The notes under the pieces were generated by a model. The model did no database searches. It saw only the letters and a program-made list of their open reading frames with translations, and had not been told where the DNA came from. From assembly GCF_964194155.1 (NCBI RefSeq), contig NC_135907.1, positions 21,204,001-21,268,000 of the forward strand: 64,000 nt of DNA, written 5' to 3'. A program made the position numbers and the translations under genes. Within the stretch, counting starts at the first letter, position 1; each line of letters starts with the position of its first letter. The DNA is from Cetorhinus maximus (lineage: Eukaryota). Positions 38,149 through 57,399 of the stretch are shown here, in pieces.

Positions 38149-40452
38149 GGGGTGGAAACACTGAGAGGTGCGCGCGCAGCTGCACTTTAAATATGGCGCC
38201 CGGCGTGAGGAAGTGGCGAGGTGCCGGCGTGAGGAGCAAATGCAAGTCCGCCCACCATGGAAACGGCATGTTTCCCAGGAATGCATGTTTAATGAGGCGG
38301 GTTTGGGACGATATGGCAAGAAAAGCCGCCATTGCGGCCGACGGTTAAACGTTTCTTTCCCCGCCTGCTACTGCGCTTTGTGCAAATCTGGGACGATTCT
38401 GACCCACCTCTTTTGGAATCTACTGAGTGGGTCTGATATGGAGATGCTTCAATTGGACATGTCTTCTCCGCTTTGCGTACCACTCTGTTGAGGGCCTCTG
38501 GCACCTCTGCCTGATGTTTCCCTGTGTCTCGATGATAATCCAACATCTTCTCCAGGAGCTCCCCCAGAGGCACATCATCTGACTCAGACTTAGCAGGGGC
38601 CACTTTCCCAGCAGTCCTGTGAGTGCCAGAGAGCTTGGCTGTCACTGCCTCCTCCTGCTGTGGACACGTGTCTGTGAGGTGACCACCAGAGTCTGAGCCT
38701 GAGCCTAAACTAGATTGACCAGCCACCGAGGTGTGTGTCTGTGGGCTGGTGGAGGGTGAAGGTGAACGCTGTGATGTCTGTACAGGTGTGTAGTCCGCTT
38801 GTGAGGTCTCCTTGGGGTTGAGGCTGAGTTGAGGTGTGGGGGCTGGGGCTGGGTTGAGGTGTGGGGGTTGGGTCTGGGTTGAGGTGTGGGGGTTGGGGCT
38901 GGGTTGAGGTGTGGGGGCTGGGGCTGGGTTGAGGTGTGGGGGCTGGGGCTGAGTTGAGGTGTGGGGGCTGGGGCTGGGTTGAGGTGTGGGGGCTGGGGCT
39001 GGGTTGAGGTGTGGGGTTTGGGGCTGGGTTGAGGTGTGGGGGCTGGGGGTGAGTTGAGGTGTGGGGGTTGGGGCTAGGTTGAGGTGTGGGGGCTGGGGCT
39101 GGGTTGAGGTGTGGGGTTTGGGGCTGGGTTGAGGTGTGGGGGCTGGGGGTGAGTTGAGGTGTGGGGGTTGGGGCTAGGTTGAGGTGTGGGGGCTGGGGCT
39201 GGGTTGAGGTGTGGGGTTTGGGGCTAGGTTGAGGTGTGGGGGCTGGGGCTGAGTTGAGGTGTGGGGGCTGGGGCTGGGTTGAGGTGTGGGGGCTGGGGCT
39301 GGGTTGAGGTGTGGGGTTTGGGGCTAGGTTGAGGTGTGGGGGCTGGGGCTGAGTTGAGGTGTGGGGTTTGGGGCTGGGTTGAGGTGTGGGGGCTGGGGCT
39401 GGATTGAGGTGTGGGGTTTGGGGCTGGGTTGAGGTGTGGGTGCTGGGGCTGAGTTGAGGTGTGGGGGCTGGGGCTGGGTTGAGGTGTGGGGGCTGGGGCT
39501 GGGTTGAGGTGTGGGGGCTGGGGCTGGGTTGAGGTGTGGGGGCTGGGGCTGGGTTGAGGTGTGGGGGCTGGGGCTGTGTTGAGGTGTGGGGGCTGGGGGT
39601 GAGTTGAGGTGTGGGCCTGGCCTTACCCTCTTCCTGCTGGCCCCTGGAAAGGGGAGAGGAGAGAATGAGTGAGTGCCTAGGCTGCCTCCCATGTTGCACA
39701 GCGCCGGGAGAGGAGAGAATGAGTGAGTGCCTAGGCTGCCTCCCATGTTGCACAGCGCCTCACCCTCCGGTTCTGATTTGCAGAGATTACCCTTGCTCCC
39801 TCACTGGATGCTTGGGGGAGGCTGATCTCACCCCGGGCACAGGCAGGGTCACAATCCTCCCCTGCCAGCGCGGCAGCCTGCTGCTCAAATTGTGTGAGGG
39901 ACCGGATCTCGGGCATGTCTCCCCCCATCTTCCCCCTCCCTCGCGTGTTGTGCGCTGTCTTCTTCTGCTTAAAGTTAGATAGATGGATTGAAAGTGCTTC
40001 TGATGCAGGAGCAGGTCACATGCAGTTAATCCAGAGGCCGACACATGACATTGTGACTCCCACATGCCTGTCCACCATGTAGAAGGCACATGGTCTCACA
40101 GCCTGAGGCAATACTGCCCACTTCACACGATGAGCGTGGCCCAAACAGCACTAAGGACCTGGAGACCATCCAGGATAAAGCAGGCCACTTGATTGGAACC
40201 CCACCCAGCACCAAAGTTGAGTCCGTCCACCACTGACTGTGCACGGCCTGTGAAAGATGCACTGCTGCGAGTCCCCAGAGCTACTTTGGCAGCTCCCTCC
40301 AGACCCACTCTAGTAACTGGAAGAACAAGGGCAATGGAGGCATGGCCTCAGCAGCATCTACAAGTTGACCCCTATTCCAACCTCCTCCCCACCCCACGTG
40401 TGCAGCACCCATTCAAGGGCTTTTAGGGATGGGGAGCATAGATATTGCCATT
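38149..40452 (-). mobile_element. Harbinger-like element, second copy (right end deleted)
   Basis: Colinear with 26929-29135; includes a 54-bp tandem duplication at about 39653-39760. Confidence 0.6.
38814..39615 (+). repeat. 25-bp G-rich minisatellite, about 32 units
   Basis: Same consensus as 27432-28333 with a different order of variants. Confidence 0.95.
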
Positions 40453-40754
40453 GGAGTCCAAGGACAACATCACTATCCTCTCCCACCACCTCTTCAGTGG
40501 TGGAACAACTTCTTGACAAGGGATCTCCAGCTGTAAGGAAAGCCCTTTGCAGCTGAAATTAGCAGGTTACAGTGGCAGAAATTACACATTTCAGAAACCC
40601 CCCACAAACCTCTGAATCAAAATTGCGAGATGTAAGTTAATTTTCCCAGACAGTGAATCAAATTTATGAAGCTGGGTAGGAAGGAGGGAAATTTAAAGCC
40701 AAGTTTGATGGGCTCTGATGTTAGGCAGTGAGGAATCACCACAATCTGCCAAAC

Positions 40755-40843
40755 CAACTACTGAATTATACAAAGACAAATAAATCAACTACTGAATTAT
40801 ACAAAGACAAATAAATCAACTACTGAATTATACAAAGACAAAT
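40755..40843. repeat. 31-bp tandem repeat x3
   Basis: CAACTACTGAATTATACAAAGACAAATAAAT at 40755, 40786 and 40817; single copy in paralogs near 30069 and 53580. Confidence 0.9.
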
Positions 40844-40953
40844 CAATTGTATGATTTTTATTTAATTCCAAATACAGCAATGTGAATAGAGCACAATATT
40901 CAAAATTGGATCAGACTTCAATACCATCATGTACAGAATGATTCTAAATTCAG

Positions 40954-43507
<2,554 letters not shown>

Positions 43508-44587
43508 CTCACTGGTGATAAGAATCATACAACAATCTAAACAATTCCCGCACAAGCTCTTGCATTTATATCACTGGGACATCCTGCATTCACACAGGGA
43601 ATGACATTACCAATGATGATTGACAATCTCCGATAGCACGTCAGGAATCTGCCATGAATCCATGCACCAATTAACAGAGGAGAAGGGGTGGGGTGTGATA
43701 CCCAGAGCCAATCAGGGCTGTGGTATACAGGAAGATAAAGATGATTATTCTGTGCCCAGGACTTCGGAGCAGCTGGTGGCCATTCAACCCTCAAGCATTT
43801 TCTACCCTTCAGTGATATCATGGTTGGACTGGATTTTAACTCTATACATCCACCTTGGTTCCATATCCCTTCATCCCCTTACATAACAAAAATCTAACAA
43901 CCTCTGTTTCGGAATGTTAAAATGACCTCCAACATCTTGATGGAGAGTGTTCCAGATTTCAGCTGTTTGTGTGAATAAATTAATCCCAACATCGCCCCGG
44001 GTTAGAAACTTAAGGTTATGCCCCCATCCCACCAGGGGGTATGGTTTCTCTCTAACTACCCTATCAAAACTACTCATCTTCAACACTTCAATTATAATCA
44101 TCCTTTAATCTTCTCTACTCTGGGGATTGCAAGAGTAGTCTATGCAAATTGTCTTCATTTAACCCTTTTAGCCCTGGTATTATTCTGGTGAATCTGTGCT
44201 GCATCCCCTCCAAAGCCAAATTTATCCAAACTGAACAGTGTTCCAGATGTGGTCTAACCCACACTTTATACAATAGTTTCAAAACATTCACCCCTCTGTA
44301 TCCCATCTCCCTTGAGATGAAGAATAAATCTATTAGCCTTTATAATTTGTTTTTTTATCTGTTCACTAGTTTTACATAATTTCTGTAGATGGGCAGCATT
44401 GACCACAATAGGTTGAAAGAGACGGACCTGAACCACACAGGCCCCAGTGAATCTAAAAATCAACTGGCAAGTTGGAGAGATGGGAAATGGATCAGTGGTG
44501 AGTTATGGTGAGTTTCAGACAGAACACTATTGCTCAGTCATTGTAAAGTGTGATGTGGAGTTTTATCCCCAAATTTACAAGTTCTGA

Positions 44588-46240
44588 GTCCTGAGTTGGA
44601 AAAGGAAAAAGGCAAGAAGGAGCCTGGAGAGTCCAAGGACTGCAGCTGGATGAAAAAGGAGTTTGTGAAGCCATTCATCAAGAAATGAAGACCGTCTTAA
44701 ACAACGAAATGGAAGAACTGCAGAAGAAACTCAAGGAGTCTCTGTTGAATGACAGAATTTAAGATGAAGTGAGTGAGTTTCGCAAAGAAAAGGAAAACCA
44801 GTTGAAAGACCTTCATACACTACAAGGACCCCTCAAGTCAAAGTTTGTACCTCTGGAAAATTACAAAGGGAAACAGGAAGAATTTAACATCACTGAACAA
44901 ACTGAAGAACCAGTTGGCAGAGAAGATGCAGCAACGTTCAAGGTTCTCAGAAGAAGCCAAGATACAAGGAGACAGAAGAGCTGAAGAATCAGTTGAAAGA
45001 AGCTAAAGAGGCTTTGAAAGCAAAACTGTAGAACTTTCCAAGATGCGAGTAGATAATGAAATCACGGGTAGCTCAACTACTGAACTAAGACAAGTTGAGA
45101 CTTCACCTGAGAGAAGTCTGGCCGGCAGTGAAGTCAAAAAGAAGGCCGAGACTAAACTGTGGTAGAAAGATGACATAAAGGAGATTCTGAAAAGACAATA
45201 AAAGGTGGGAATGAAAAGGTTAACTGGTGAATCGTTGGAAACTAAACTTGCCTGTTTCCTATTTCACTACAGAACGACCCCTCACACTACGACAGATGCA
45301 ACTCAGTAGACTCTTAGGCGTTTACAGCACAGAAGGAGACCATTCAGCCCATCGTGTCCATGCCAGTCAACAAAGATCTGGCTACACTAATCGCATTTTC
45401 CAGCGCTTGGCCCATATCCCTGGATGCTGTGGCAATGCAAGTGGCAACACCTGCAGAGTTACTGATGAGGTGTCATCTTCGAACAGGACTAAGCCTGATA
45501 CTTCCCAATTTGGAGGGGAAGATGGAGAAAAGTCCAAGGGAACCAAAAAGTGACTCATGATTTGCAGAGTCATGAGCGGCAATTTACTGTTCAATAAGCA
45601 GTATATATGTAAGGATTTTCGGTGGAGGACTGAAGTGTTACCTGGTAAAGTAAGCTCTGTGACTGGACTATTGTCGTACCAAGTGGAAGGTCAGATCACC
45701 CATAAGCATGTGGATCATTTAAGAAGGGAGATAACCCAAAATGTTTCACCTGAAATCATTGCTGATTGAAGTTGCTCAACCAAGGGTAGAGATGCCCAAT
45801 GTCTGTCGGAGTGGAAGACAGAGAGCTGCCCGTGCCTAATGAGGTACATGTTAATGCAATTCCAGAGAATGTGTTTCCTGTCAAAGAATCGGAAGTCGTG
45901 GAGCTACAATATTCCACACGGATCAGGAAACCACCCGAAAGACAGAACTTGTAATTTCATGACCTGTGTAAATACAAAGTGTACAGAAAAATTAAAGGGG
46001 AAGGAATGTAATTATAGCTCTGATACATGTAGGACTGTAGCTTTAATAATTGTGTCCCAAGATCACATGATCTGTATAAACCAATGAGTTAGCAATGCAG
46101 GGAACCTTTAAGGGGGCAAGGTGAAGAAATTCCTTAGTTATAGAGTGAGATGCACACATGTAGCTGCTGCCACCTTGTAAATAAAGTTCGATGTTTCCCC
46201 AAAGAAAAAATGGCCTGGAAAAAAAAAAACAACTCTAACA
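44588..46240 (+). mobile_element. 5'-deleted duplicate of the Gypsy LTR element
   Basis: Colinear with 58938-60592; 3' LTR at 46007-46240; a deletion of about 1.7 kb removed the 5' LTR, gag and protease. Confidence 0.88.
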
Positions 46241-47240
46241 GCTGTGGGCCTGGAGTTACATGTTGACCAGATTTCCTTCCCTAGAGGGAATTAGTGACAT
46301 CAGATGGGCTTTAATAAAAATTGTTGACTGTTTCATGGCACCATTGCTGAAACCACCTTTCAGCTTCTTTATTAAAGAAATTTATATTCCAATTTGCTGT
46401 GTTGGGATTTGAACCTATATCCCAAGTGATTAGCTTGGCTGCTGGATTATTAGTCCAGTAACATTACCACTACTCCATCTCCTCCAAAAGTTTGGAGGAT
46501 TGAGTGCAAGAAAATATTTATCTTAAACCTAGAGTTTCTGTGATTTGATTATCTGACCTAGGAATTCCGCAATTTGCTCATCCATGACATTGTGAAGTAC
46601 AGCCCTTGGAGAATAGGGGTGCAGGCAGCAGTTAAACAATTTCCATCCTGCTTAGAAAGGCAGGTTTTAAAAGGTGGTTAATGCTTTACTATGTTTACAG
46701 AGCTAGAGAGAGAAAAACAGCTTTAGCAACAGTGAATGGTGTGTGATAGACAAATACAGAGACACCTCAGTTGTACATCTTCCTTATCCTGTCTTGGTGG
46801 ATGCAAGTCTGAAGCAGATACTCTCCATGCTTACAAGGAGCAAGTAAAGACATGAATTCAGTGCCCCCTTTCCTCCCCCATTATGCAACTGTGTAAGGAA
46901 AGTCCATTGTAGCAGAAATTAACAGGTGAAGATTGCAGAAACATTTTAGAAATCTCCTACAGGCTCCTGAATCAAAGTTGCAAGATGAGGGAATCAGGTT
47001 TTGGAAGCTGGGGTGCAGACAGCAGGGAAAATGAATACTTAAGGCAAGTTTTAATGGGGTCATATGTTAGACAGCTAGGAATCTTCATGATTCAAACAAT
47101 CAAATCAGCTTCTGAATTATACAAAAACAAAAATCAGTTCAATGATAAATATTTTTATTTCCAAATACAGTAACCGATCTAGAACTGCAAATTATTTGAT
47201 CACATGTCATTCTATATATGGTGGAAATGGATAGAGATTT

Positions 47241-50880
<3,640 letters not shown>

Positions 50881-51748
50881 CTTAACCTACAAAGTTGGTT
50901 TAAACAAAACAAACTAAGACCAAACAACTACCAAACTCTTGTATTTATACTACTGGGACATACATCCCTGCATTCAAACAGGCAATGACATCACCAATGA
51001 TGATTGATAATTCCTGATAGCCAGTCAGGAAGCTGCCATGAATCCAGGCACTTATTGAAGAGAGGGGGGGGTGGGGTGTGTTACCCAGAGTCAATCACAT
51101 CTGTGGAATACAGACAGGTTTAGATGATTTTACTGTGATTGGAACATTAGAGCTGGAGGAGGCCATTCAGCCCCTCAAATCTATTCCACCATTCAATTTG
51201 ATCATGTTGGTTGGTAGTTTAACTCTATTTACCTGCCTTGATTCCATTTGCCTTAAAACCCTTATCTAACAAATAACGAGCAATATTAGTTTCAAAATGT
51301 TCAAATGACCCTCAGCATTTTTGGGGAGAGAGTTCCACATTTCAATCCTTTGAGTGAAGAAATGCTTCCTGACAACGTCCCTGAACAGCCCAGCTCTAAT
51401 CTTAAAATTATTCTGTCCCTGTGCTGGACCACCTCGCAAGAGGAAATCATTCTTCTCTATCTACCCTATCAAACCTATTAATCATCTTCAACACCCCAAT
51501 TATAATCATCGCTTATCCTTCTGTACTTCAGGAAATACGAGACTATTCTGTGCAAACTGCCTCATAATTTATTCCCTTCAGTCCTGGTAACATTCTGGTG
51601 TATCTGTGCCAGATACTCTCCAAAGCCAATATATCAGAACTGAACATAGTGTTCCAGATATCCTCTAACTCACCCTTTCCATAACTGCAGCAGATCATCC
51701 AGCCCTTGATGTTCCAACCCCTTTGAGATGTTTTCTGTGTAAAGTCCT

Positions 51749-53272
51749 GGGGTGGAAACACTGAGAGGTGTGCGCGCGGCTGCACGTTAAATATGGCGCC
51801 CGGCGTGAGGAAGTGGCGAGGTGCCAGCGTGAGGAGCAAATGCAAGTCCGCCCACCATGGAAACGGCATGTTTCCCAGGAATGCATGATTAATGAGGTGG
51901 GTTTGGGACGATATGGCAAGAAAAGCTGCCATTGTGGCCGACGGTTAAACATTCCTTTCCCCGCCTGCTATTGCGCTTTGTGCAAATCTGGAACGATTCT
52001 GCCCCACCTCTTTTGAAAGCTACTGAGTGGGTCTGACATGGAGATGCTTCAATTGGACATGTCTCCTCCGCTTTACGTACCACTCTGTTGAGGGCCTCTG
52101 GCACCTCTGTCTGATGTTTCCCTGTGTCTCGATGATAATCCAGCATCTTCTCCAGGACCTCCCCCAGAGGCACATCATCTGACTCGGACTTAGCAGGGGC
52201 CAAGTTCCCAGCAGTCCTGTGAGTGCCAGAGAGCTTGGCTGTCACTGCCTCCTCCCGCTGCGGACACGTGTCTGTGAGGTGACCACCAGAGTCTGAGCCC
52301 GAGCCTAAACTAGATCGACCAGCCACCGAGGTGTGTCTGTGGGCTGGTGGAGGGAGAAGCTGAAGGCAGTGATGGCTGTACAGGTGTGTAGTCCGCTTGT
52401 GAGGTCTCCTTGGGGTTGAGGCTGAGTTGAGGTGTGGGGGCTGGGGTTGGGTTGAGGTGTGGGGTCTGGGGGTGAGTTGAGGTGTGGGGCCTGGCCTTAC
52501 CCTCTTCCTGCTGGCCCCTGGAATGGGGAGAGGAGAGAAGGAGTGAGTTCCTAGGCTGTCTCCTACGCTGCACAGCGCCTCACCCTCCGGTTCCGATTTG
52601 CAGAGATTACCCTTGCTCCCTCACTGGATGCTTGGGGAAGGCCGATCTCACCCTGGGCACAGGCAGGGTCACAATCCTCCCCTGCCAGCACGGCAGCCTG
52701 CTGCTCAAATTGTGTGAGGGGCCGGATCTCGGGCATGTCTCCCCCCATCTTCCCCCTCCCTCGCGTGTTGTGCACTGTCTTCTCCTGCATAAAGTTAGAT
52801 AGATGGATTGAGAGTGCTTCTGATGCAGAAGCAGGTCACATGCAGTTAACCCAGAGGCCGACACATGACATTGTGACTCCCACATGCCTGTCCACCATGT
52901 AGAAGGCACATGTCCTCACAGTCTGAGGCAATACTGCCCACTTCACACGATGAGCGTGGCTCTAACATCACTAAGGAACCTGGAGACCATCCAGGATAAA
53001 GCAGGCCGCTTGATTGGAACCCCACCCAGCACCAAAGTTGAGTCCGTCCACCACTGACTGTGCACGGCCTGTGAAAGATGCACGGCTGTTGTCCCCAGGG
53101 AAACTTTGTCAGCCCCCTCCAGACCCACTCTAGTAACTGGAAGAACAAGGGCAATGGAGGCATGGCCTCAACAGCATCTACAAGTTGACCCCTATTCCAA
53201 CCTCCTCCCCACCCCACGTGCGTAGCTCCCATTCAAGGGCTTTTAGGGATGGGGAGCATAGATACTGCCATT
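51749..53272 (-). mobile_element. Harbinger-like element, third copy (only about 3 minisatellite units)
   Basis: Colinear with 38149-40452 and shares its right-end deletion; ORF 52563-52790 QEKTVHNTRGRGKMGGDMPEIRPLTQFEQQA. Confidence 0.6.
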
Positions 53273-53715
53273 GGAGTCCAAGGACAACATCACTATCCTA
53301 TCCCACCACCTCTTCAGTGGTGGAACAACTTCTTGACAAGGCATCTCCAGCTGTAAGGAAAGCCCTTTGCAGCTGAAATTAGCAGGTTACAGTGGCAGAA
53401 ATTACACATTTCAGAAACCCCCCCACAAACCTCTGAATCAAAATTGCAAGATGTAAGTAAATTTTCCCAGACAGACAGTGAATCAAATTTATGAAGCTGG
53501 GTAGGAAGGAGGGAAATTTAAAGCCAAGTTTGATGGGCTCTGATGTTAGGCAGTGAGGAATCACCACAATCTGCCAAACCAACTACTGAATTATATAAAG
53601 ACAAATCAATTGTATGATTTTTATTATTTCCAAATACAGCAATGTGAATAGAGCACAATATTCAAAATTGGATCAGACTTCAATACCATCATGTACAGAA
53701 TGATTCTAAATTCAG

Positions 53716-56270
53716 TCAATTCAGGGTGAGCTTGTCAAACAGGTACTCTCCCATGTCATTCTCAGGGGCTCCCAGTCTCTTCAGGTTGGTGATGTGATCT
53801 CCAAGCTTCTTGATCACCTTCACTTGCTCATCCAAGAAGTGAGTCTCCAGGAAGTCACAAAACTGAAAGATGGCAGGAGAAGAAAATGTGTATTATTAAT
53901 GTGGAACTTGTCCAGATGAGGATTTTGCATACACTAGTGTGATGGTAAGCAATGCACATGGATTATGTGAAGATTTAGCCAAAATTACTTACAAGTGACA
54001 AGTCACAATTCTATTAAACTGAGTGAATGGATGGAAGAAACATGGATGCCTCAGAATGGGACAGTTTAGTGATCCAGGTCTACAGTGTAGATGGCCTTTG
54101 CTTAAAGGAAGAAAATCCATGTGTGTGTACCATAAACCTATGGAATTCAGTCAGTGAATTTCAGATACCAACATCAGCTTAAACACCATTGGCAGGTGGG
54201 GGGAAGCAGGGGCGATAAATCATGGAACTTACATGATGGTCAGTGTTCCCAGAGGAGAGCTTGTGCAAATCCTGCAGACTCTGGTTCACATTCTTCTCCA
54301 TCTGCAGAGATCTCTGCATTGCCTCCAGACCATTGCCCTGCTCATCCTGCTCTGGTTTCTGAAAGGGGAAGAGGAGAAGTCTTGTTAAGTGTTATTGGGA
54401 GTGGAAAGTCCAAGGGATGTTACAATTTCGAAGTAACAGAAGTTAGTCACTGCATGTAAAGATTAGCATGTTGGAATATTTACTGGGAGGACAGTGGAGA
54501 CCAATACTGGACACAAGATTGGAGAGCAGCCAATGACTGCATTAACTAATCCCCGTTTAAAATCCTCGATGGACTTCACCCATCCATGTTCACAGCTTTG
54601 GCCCACATTTCACACCAGTCTCCTGTGCAGGCAACACAAAGTCTGGAGTAATAGTTCAGAGTGCAGAAAATCATTCCATCCAAATATTCAGGTTTATTGA
54701 TCCTCCTCTATCCATTAGATCAGGTAATCCAAAAATCAATTTATCCTATACCAGCTCTCACTTGGCCCCCAATACCAGCAATTTGAAATTAATCGCAATG
54801 CATTAAGAACTAAAGGGTTTAACGGTAAGATAATAAAAGGTTCCTTTAAATAGTTCAATTAATCTAAATGGCATCACATAAAACATTCAAGTTAAAATCC
54901 AACCTTGACATCCTCCAGGATGATCCAGCCTCCACGTTTATTCTGGAATTTCATCAGTTTCTCAGCGTGTTCCCGTTCCTCATGTGACTGCTCCTTGAAG
55001 AACTCAGCAAAGTGACGCAGGGCAACATCATCCCGGTCAAAGTCAGAGGACTGCAGGGAGAGACAAAATGGTAAGGAAGAGTCAGAATTAGACCCAGGTG
55101 CCATCCAACTGGAAAAAAACAGCAGTCCCATGGTAAACAACCCATCCCATTCTCTACCTCAATACCTGGCCTTGAATTCAGGACCTCACAGTTTGAACTA
55201 CATACTGGAAAAAAACCCTCAAAATTGCTTTAAATCAATGTTTTTCAGTAGGTGGAGTCCTTCCCTGTGACAAGCTCAGTAGAATAGAGATGTACAAAAT
55301 TAGGTGGATAGGAGAAAATGATCCCCTTAGCGGAGGGTGTGAATAACCAGCAGGTATAGATGTAAAGTAAGGGATTTGAGGAAAAAACACTTCTCACAAA
55401 AGATGGCAATTGGAATCTGGAACACTGCCCGAAGGGGTGGTAGAGGCAGGAACCCTCACCAATTTATTAGTATTTAGATGAGCTTTTGTAACATCATAGC
55501 ATATAGGGTAAGGGCCAAGTGCTAGAAAATGGGATTAGAATAGACAGGTGCTCAATGGCTGGCACAGACACAATGGGCCGAAGGGCCTGTTTCTGTGCTG
55601 TATAACTCCATGACTATGAGATTAGGAAGTGGTAGCACTAGAAAACCCAAGAGCAATAATGATTTTGGACCGACGTTTCATTTCAGCACTAAAACTATGA
55701 TTAAGCAAAGTTCAGTGATCCATCCTTTCCCCCACACCAATGGTGGTCTAAAGCAGTGGCGAAAAAAGAGAAATTCTTCCAATTCAATGAACACTTATAA
55801 ACGATGTTTCGGGTAAGAAAGATTTCAGTGTATTAGGCTCAACGAAAATCTGGCCACTACTCACCCAATCACATTTAATTACTCCCCTCCAAATTAGATT
55901 AGTTAATCACATTTATGTACACTCAAAATAATTCTTCCATTAGAAACTTCATGGAACCCTGGAGTTAGTTTTAGATCTAAACTATTCCAAACAGGACACA
56001 GTAATTCTAAAACAAGGAATAAACTCGCGTCCTGAGAGTGTTCACTAAATCTGGGGAGGGATATGTCTAAAATCAACTCATTAACCTAGAGAAATTCTAC
56101 ATGCTCAGAATGCAACAAAAATCACAGTATTAACTTTAAAATAGGTCTCTGAAAAATGCAAAACTCACCATGGAGAGATAAACATAGGAGGAATAGAGCT
56201 CCAGGTTGATCTGCTTGTTAACAGCATCCTCACAATCCTTGTGGCAGTTCTGACACACTTGGGAAGCCAT
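53716..56270 (-). CDS. Ferritin subunit, copy 9, 173 aa
   Basis: Exons 56270-56169, 55050-54904, 54358-54233, 53862-53716; close paralog of copy 7 with additional SSDF, GGW, THFL and VKVI changes. Confidence 0.93.
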
Positions 56271-57399
56271 CTCACTGGTGATAAGAACTGAACTCAAACA
56301 ACAATCTAAACAATTCACGCACAAGCTCTTGCATTTATACCACTGGGACATCCTGCATTCACACAGGGAATGACATCACCAATGATGATTGACATTCCCC
56401 GATAGCCAGTCAGGAATCTGCCATGAATCCAGGCACCAATTAACAGAAGAGAGGGGGTGGGGTGTGATACCCAGAGCCGATCAGGGCTGTGGTATACAGG
56501 AAGATAAAGATGATTATTCTGTGACCAGGACATTGGAATAGCTGGTGGGTATTCAACCCTCAAGCATTTTCTACCCTTCAGTGATATCATGGTTGGAATG
56601 GATTTTAACTGTATACATCCACCTTGGTTCCATATCCCTTCATCCCCTGACATAACAAAAATCTAACAACCACTGTTTTGGAATGTTAAAATGACCTCCA
56701 ACATCTTGGGGGAGAGAGTTCCAGATTTCCAGCATCCTTTGTGTGAATAAGTTAATCCCAACATCGCCCCTGAACAGCTGGGTTCGAAACATAAGGTTAT
56801 GCCCCCATCCCACCAGGGGGTATGGTTTCTCTCTAACTACCCTATCAAATCTACTCATCTTCAAAACTTGAATTATAATCATCCTTTAATCTTCTCTACT
56901 CTGGGGATTGCAAGACTAGTCTATGCAAATTGTCTTCATCATTTAACCCTTTTAGCCCTGGTATTATTCTGGGGAATCTGTGCTGCATCCCCTCCAAAGC
57001 CAAATTTATCCAAACTGAACAGTGTTCCAGATGTGGACCACAATAGGTTGAAAGAGACTGACCTGCACCACACAGGCCACAGTGAATCTAAAAATTAACT
57101 GGCAAGTTGGCGAAATGGGAAATGGATCAGTGGTGAGTTATGGTGAGTTTCAGACAGAACACTATTGCTCAGTCATTGTAAAGTGTGATGTGGAATTTTA
57201 TCCCCAAATTTACAAGTTGCAAATACCAGTGCTTTTCTCTTTTGCAAGTTTCAAGCCTACTTTTTTTTTAAATGCACTCTTTCATGGGGCGTAGGTGTCA
57301 CTGGCAAGGCCAGCATTTGTTGCCCATCCCCAATTGCCTTGAACAGAGTGGCTTGCTTGGCTGTTTCAGAGGGCAGTTAAGAGTCAATCACATTGCTGT

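Noticed and set aside
38814-39615. Resemblance of the GGGCT-rich tract to immunoglobulin switch regions
   Set aside because: Lacks AGCT hotspots, no Ig segments nearby, and it derives from a transposon-internal motif.
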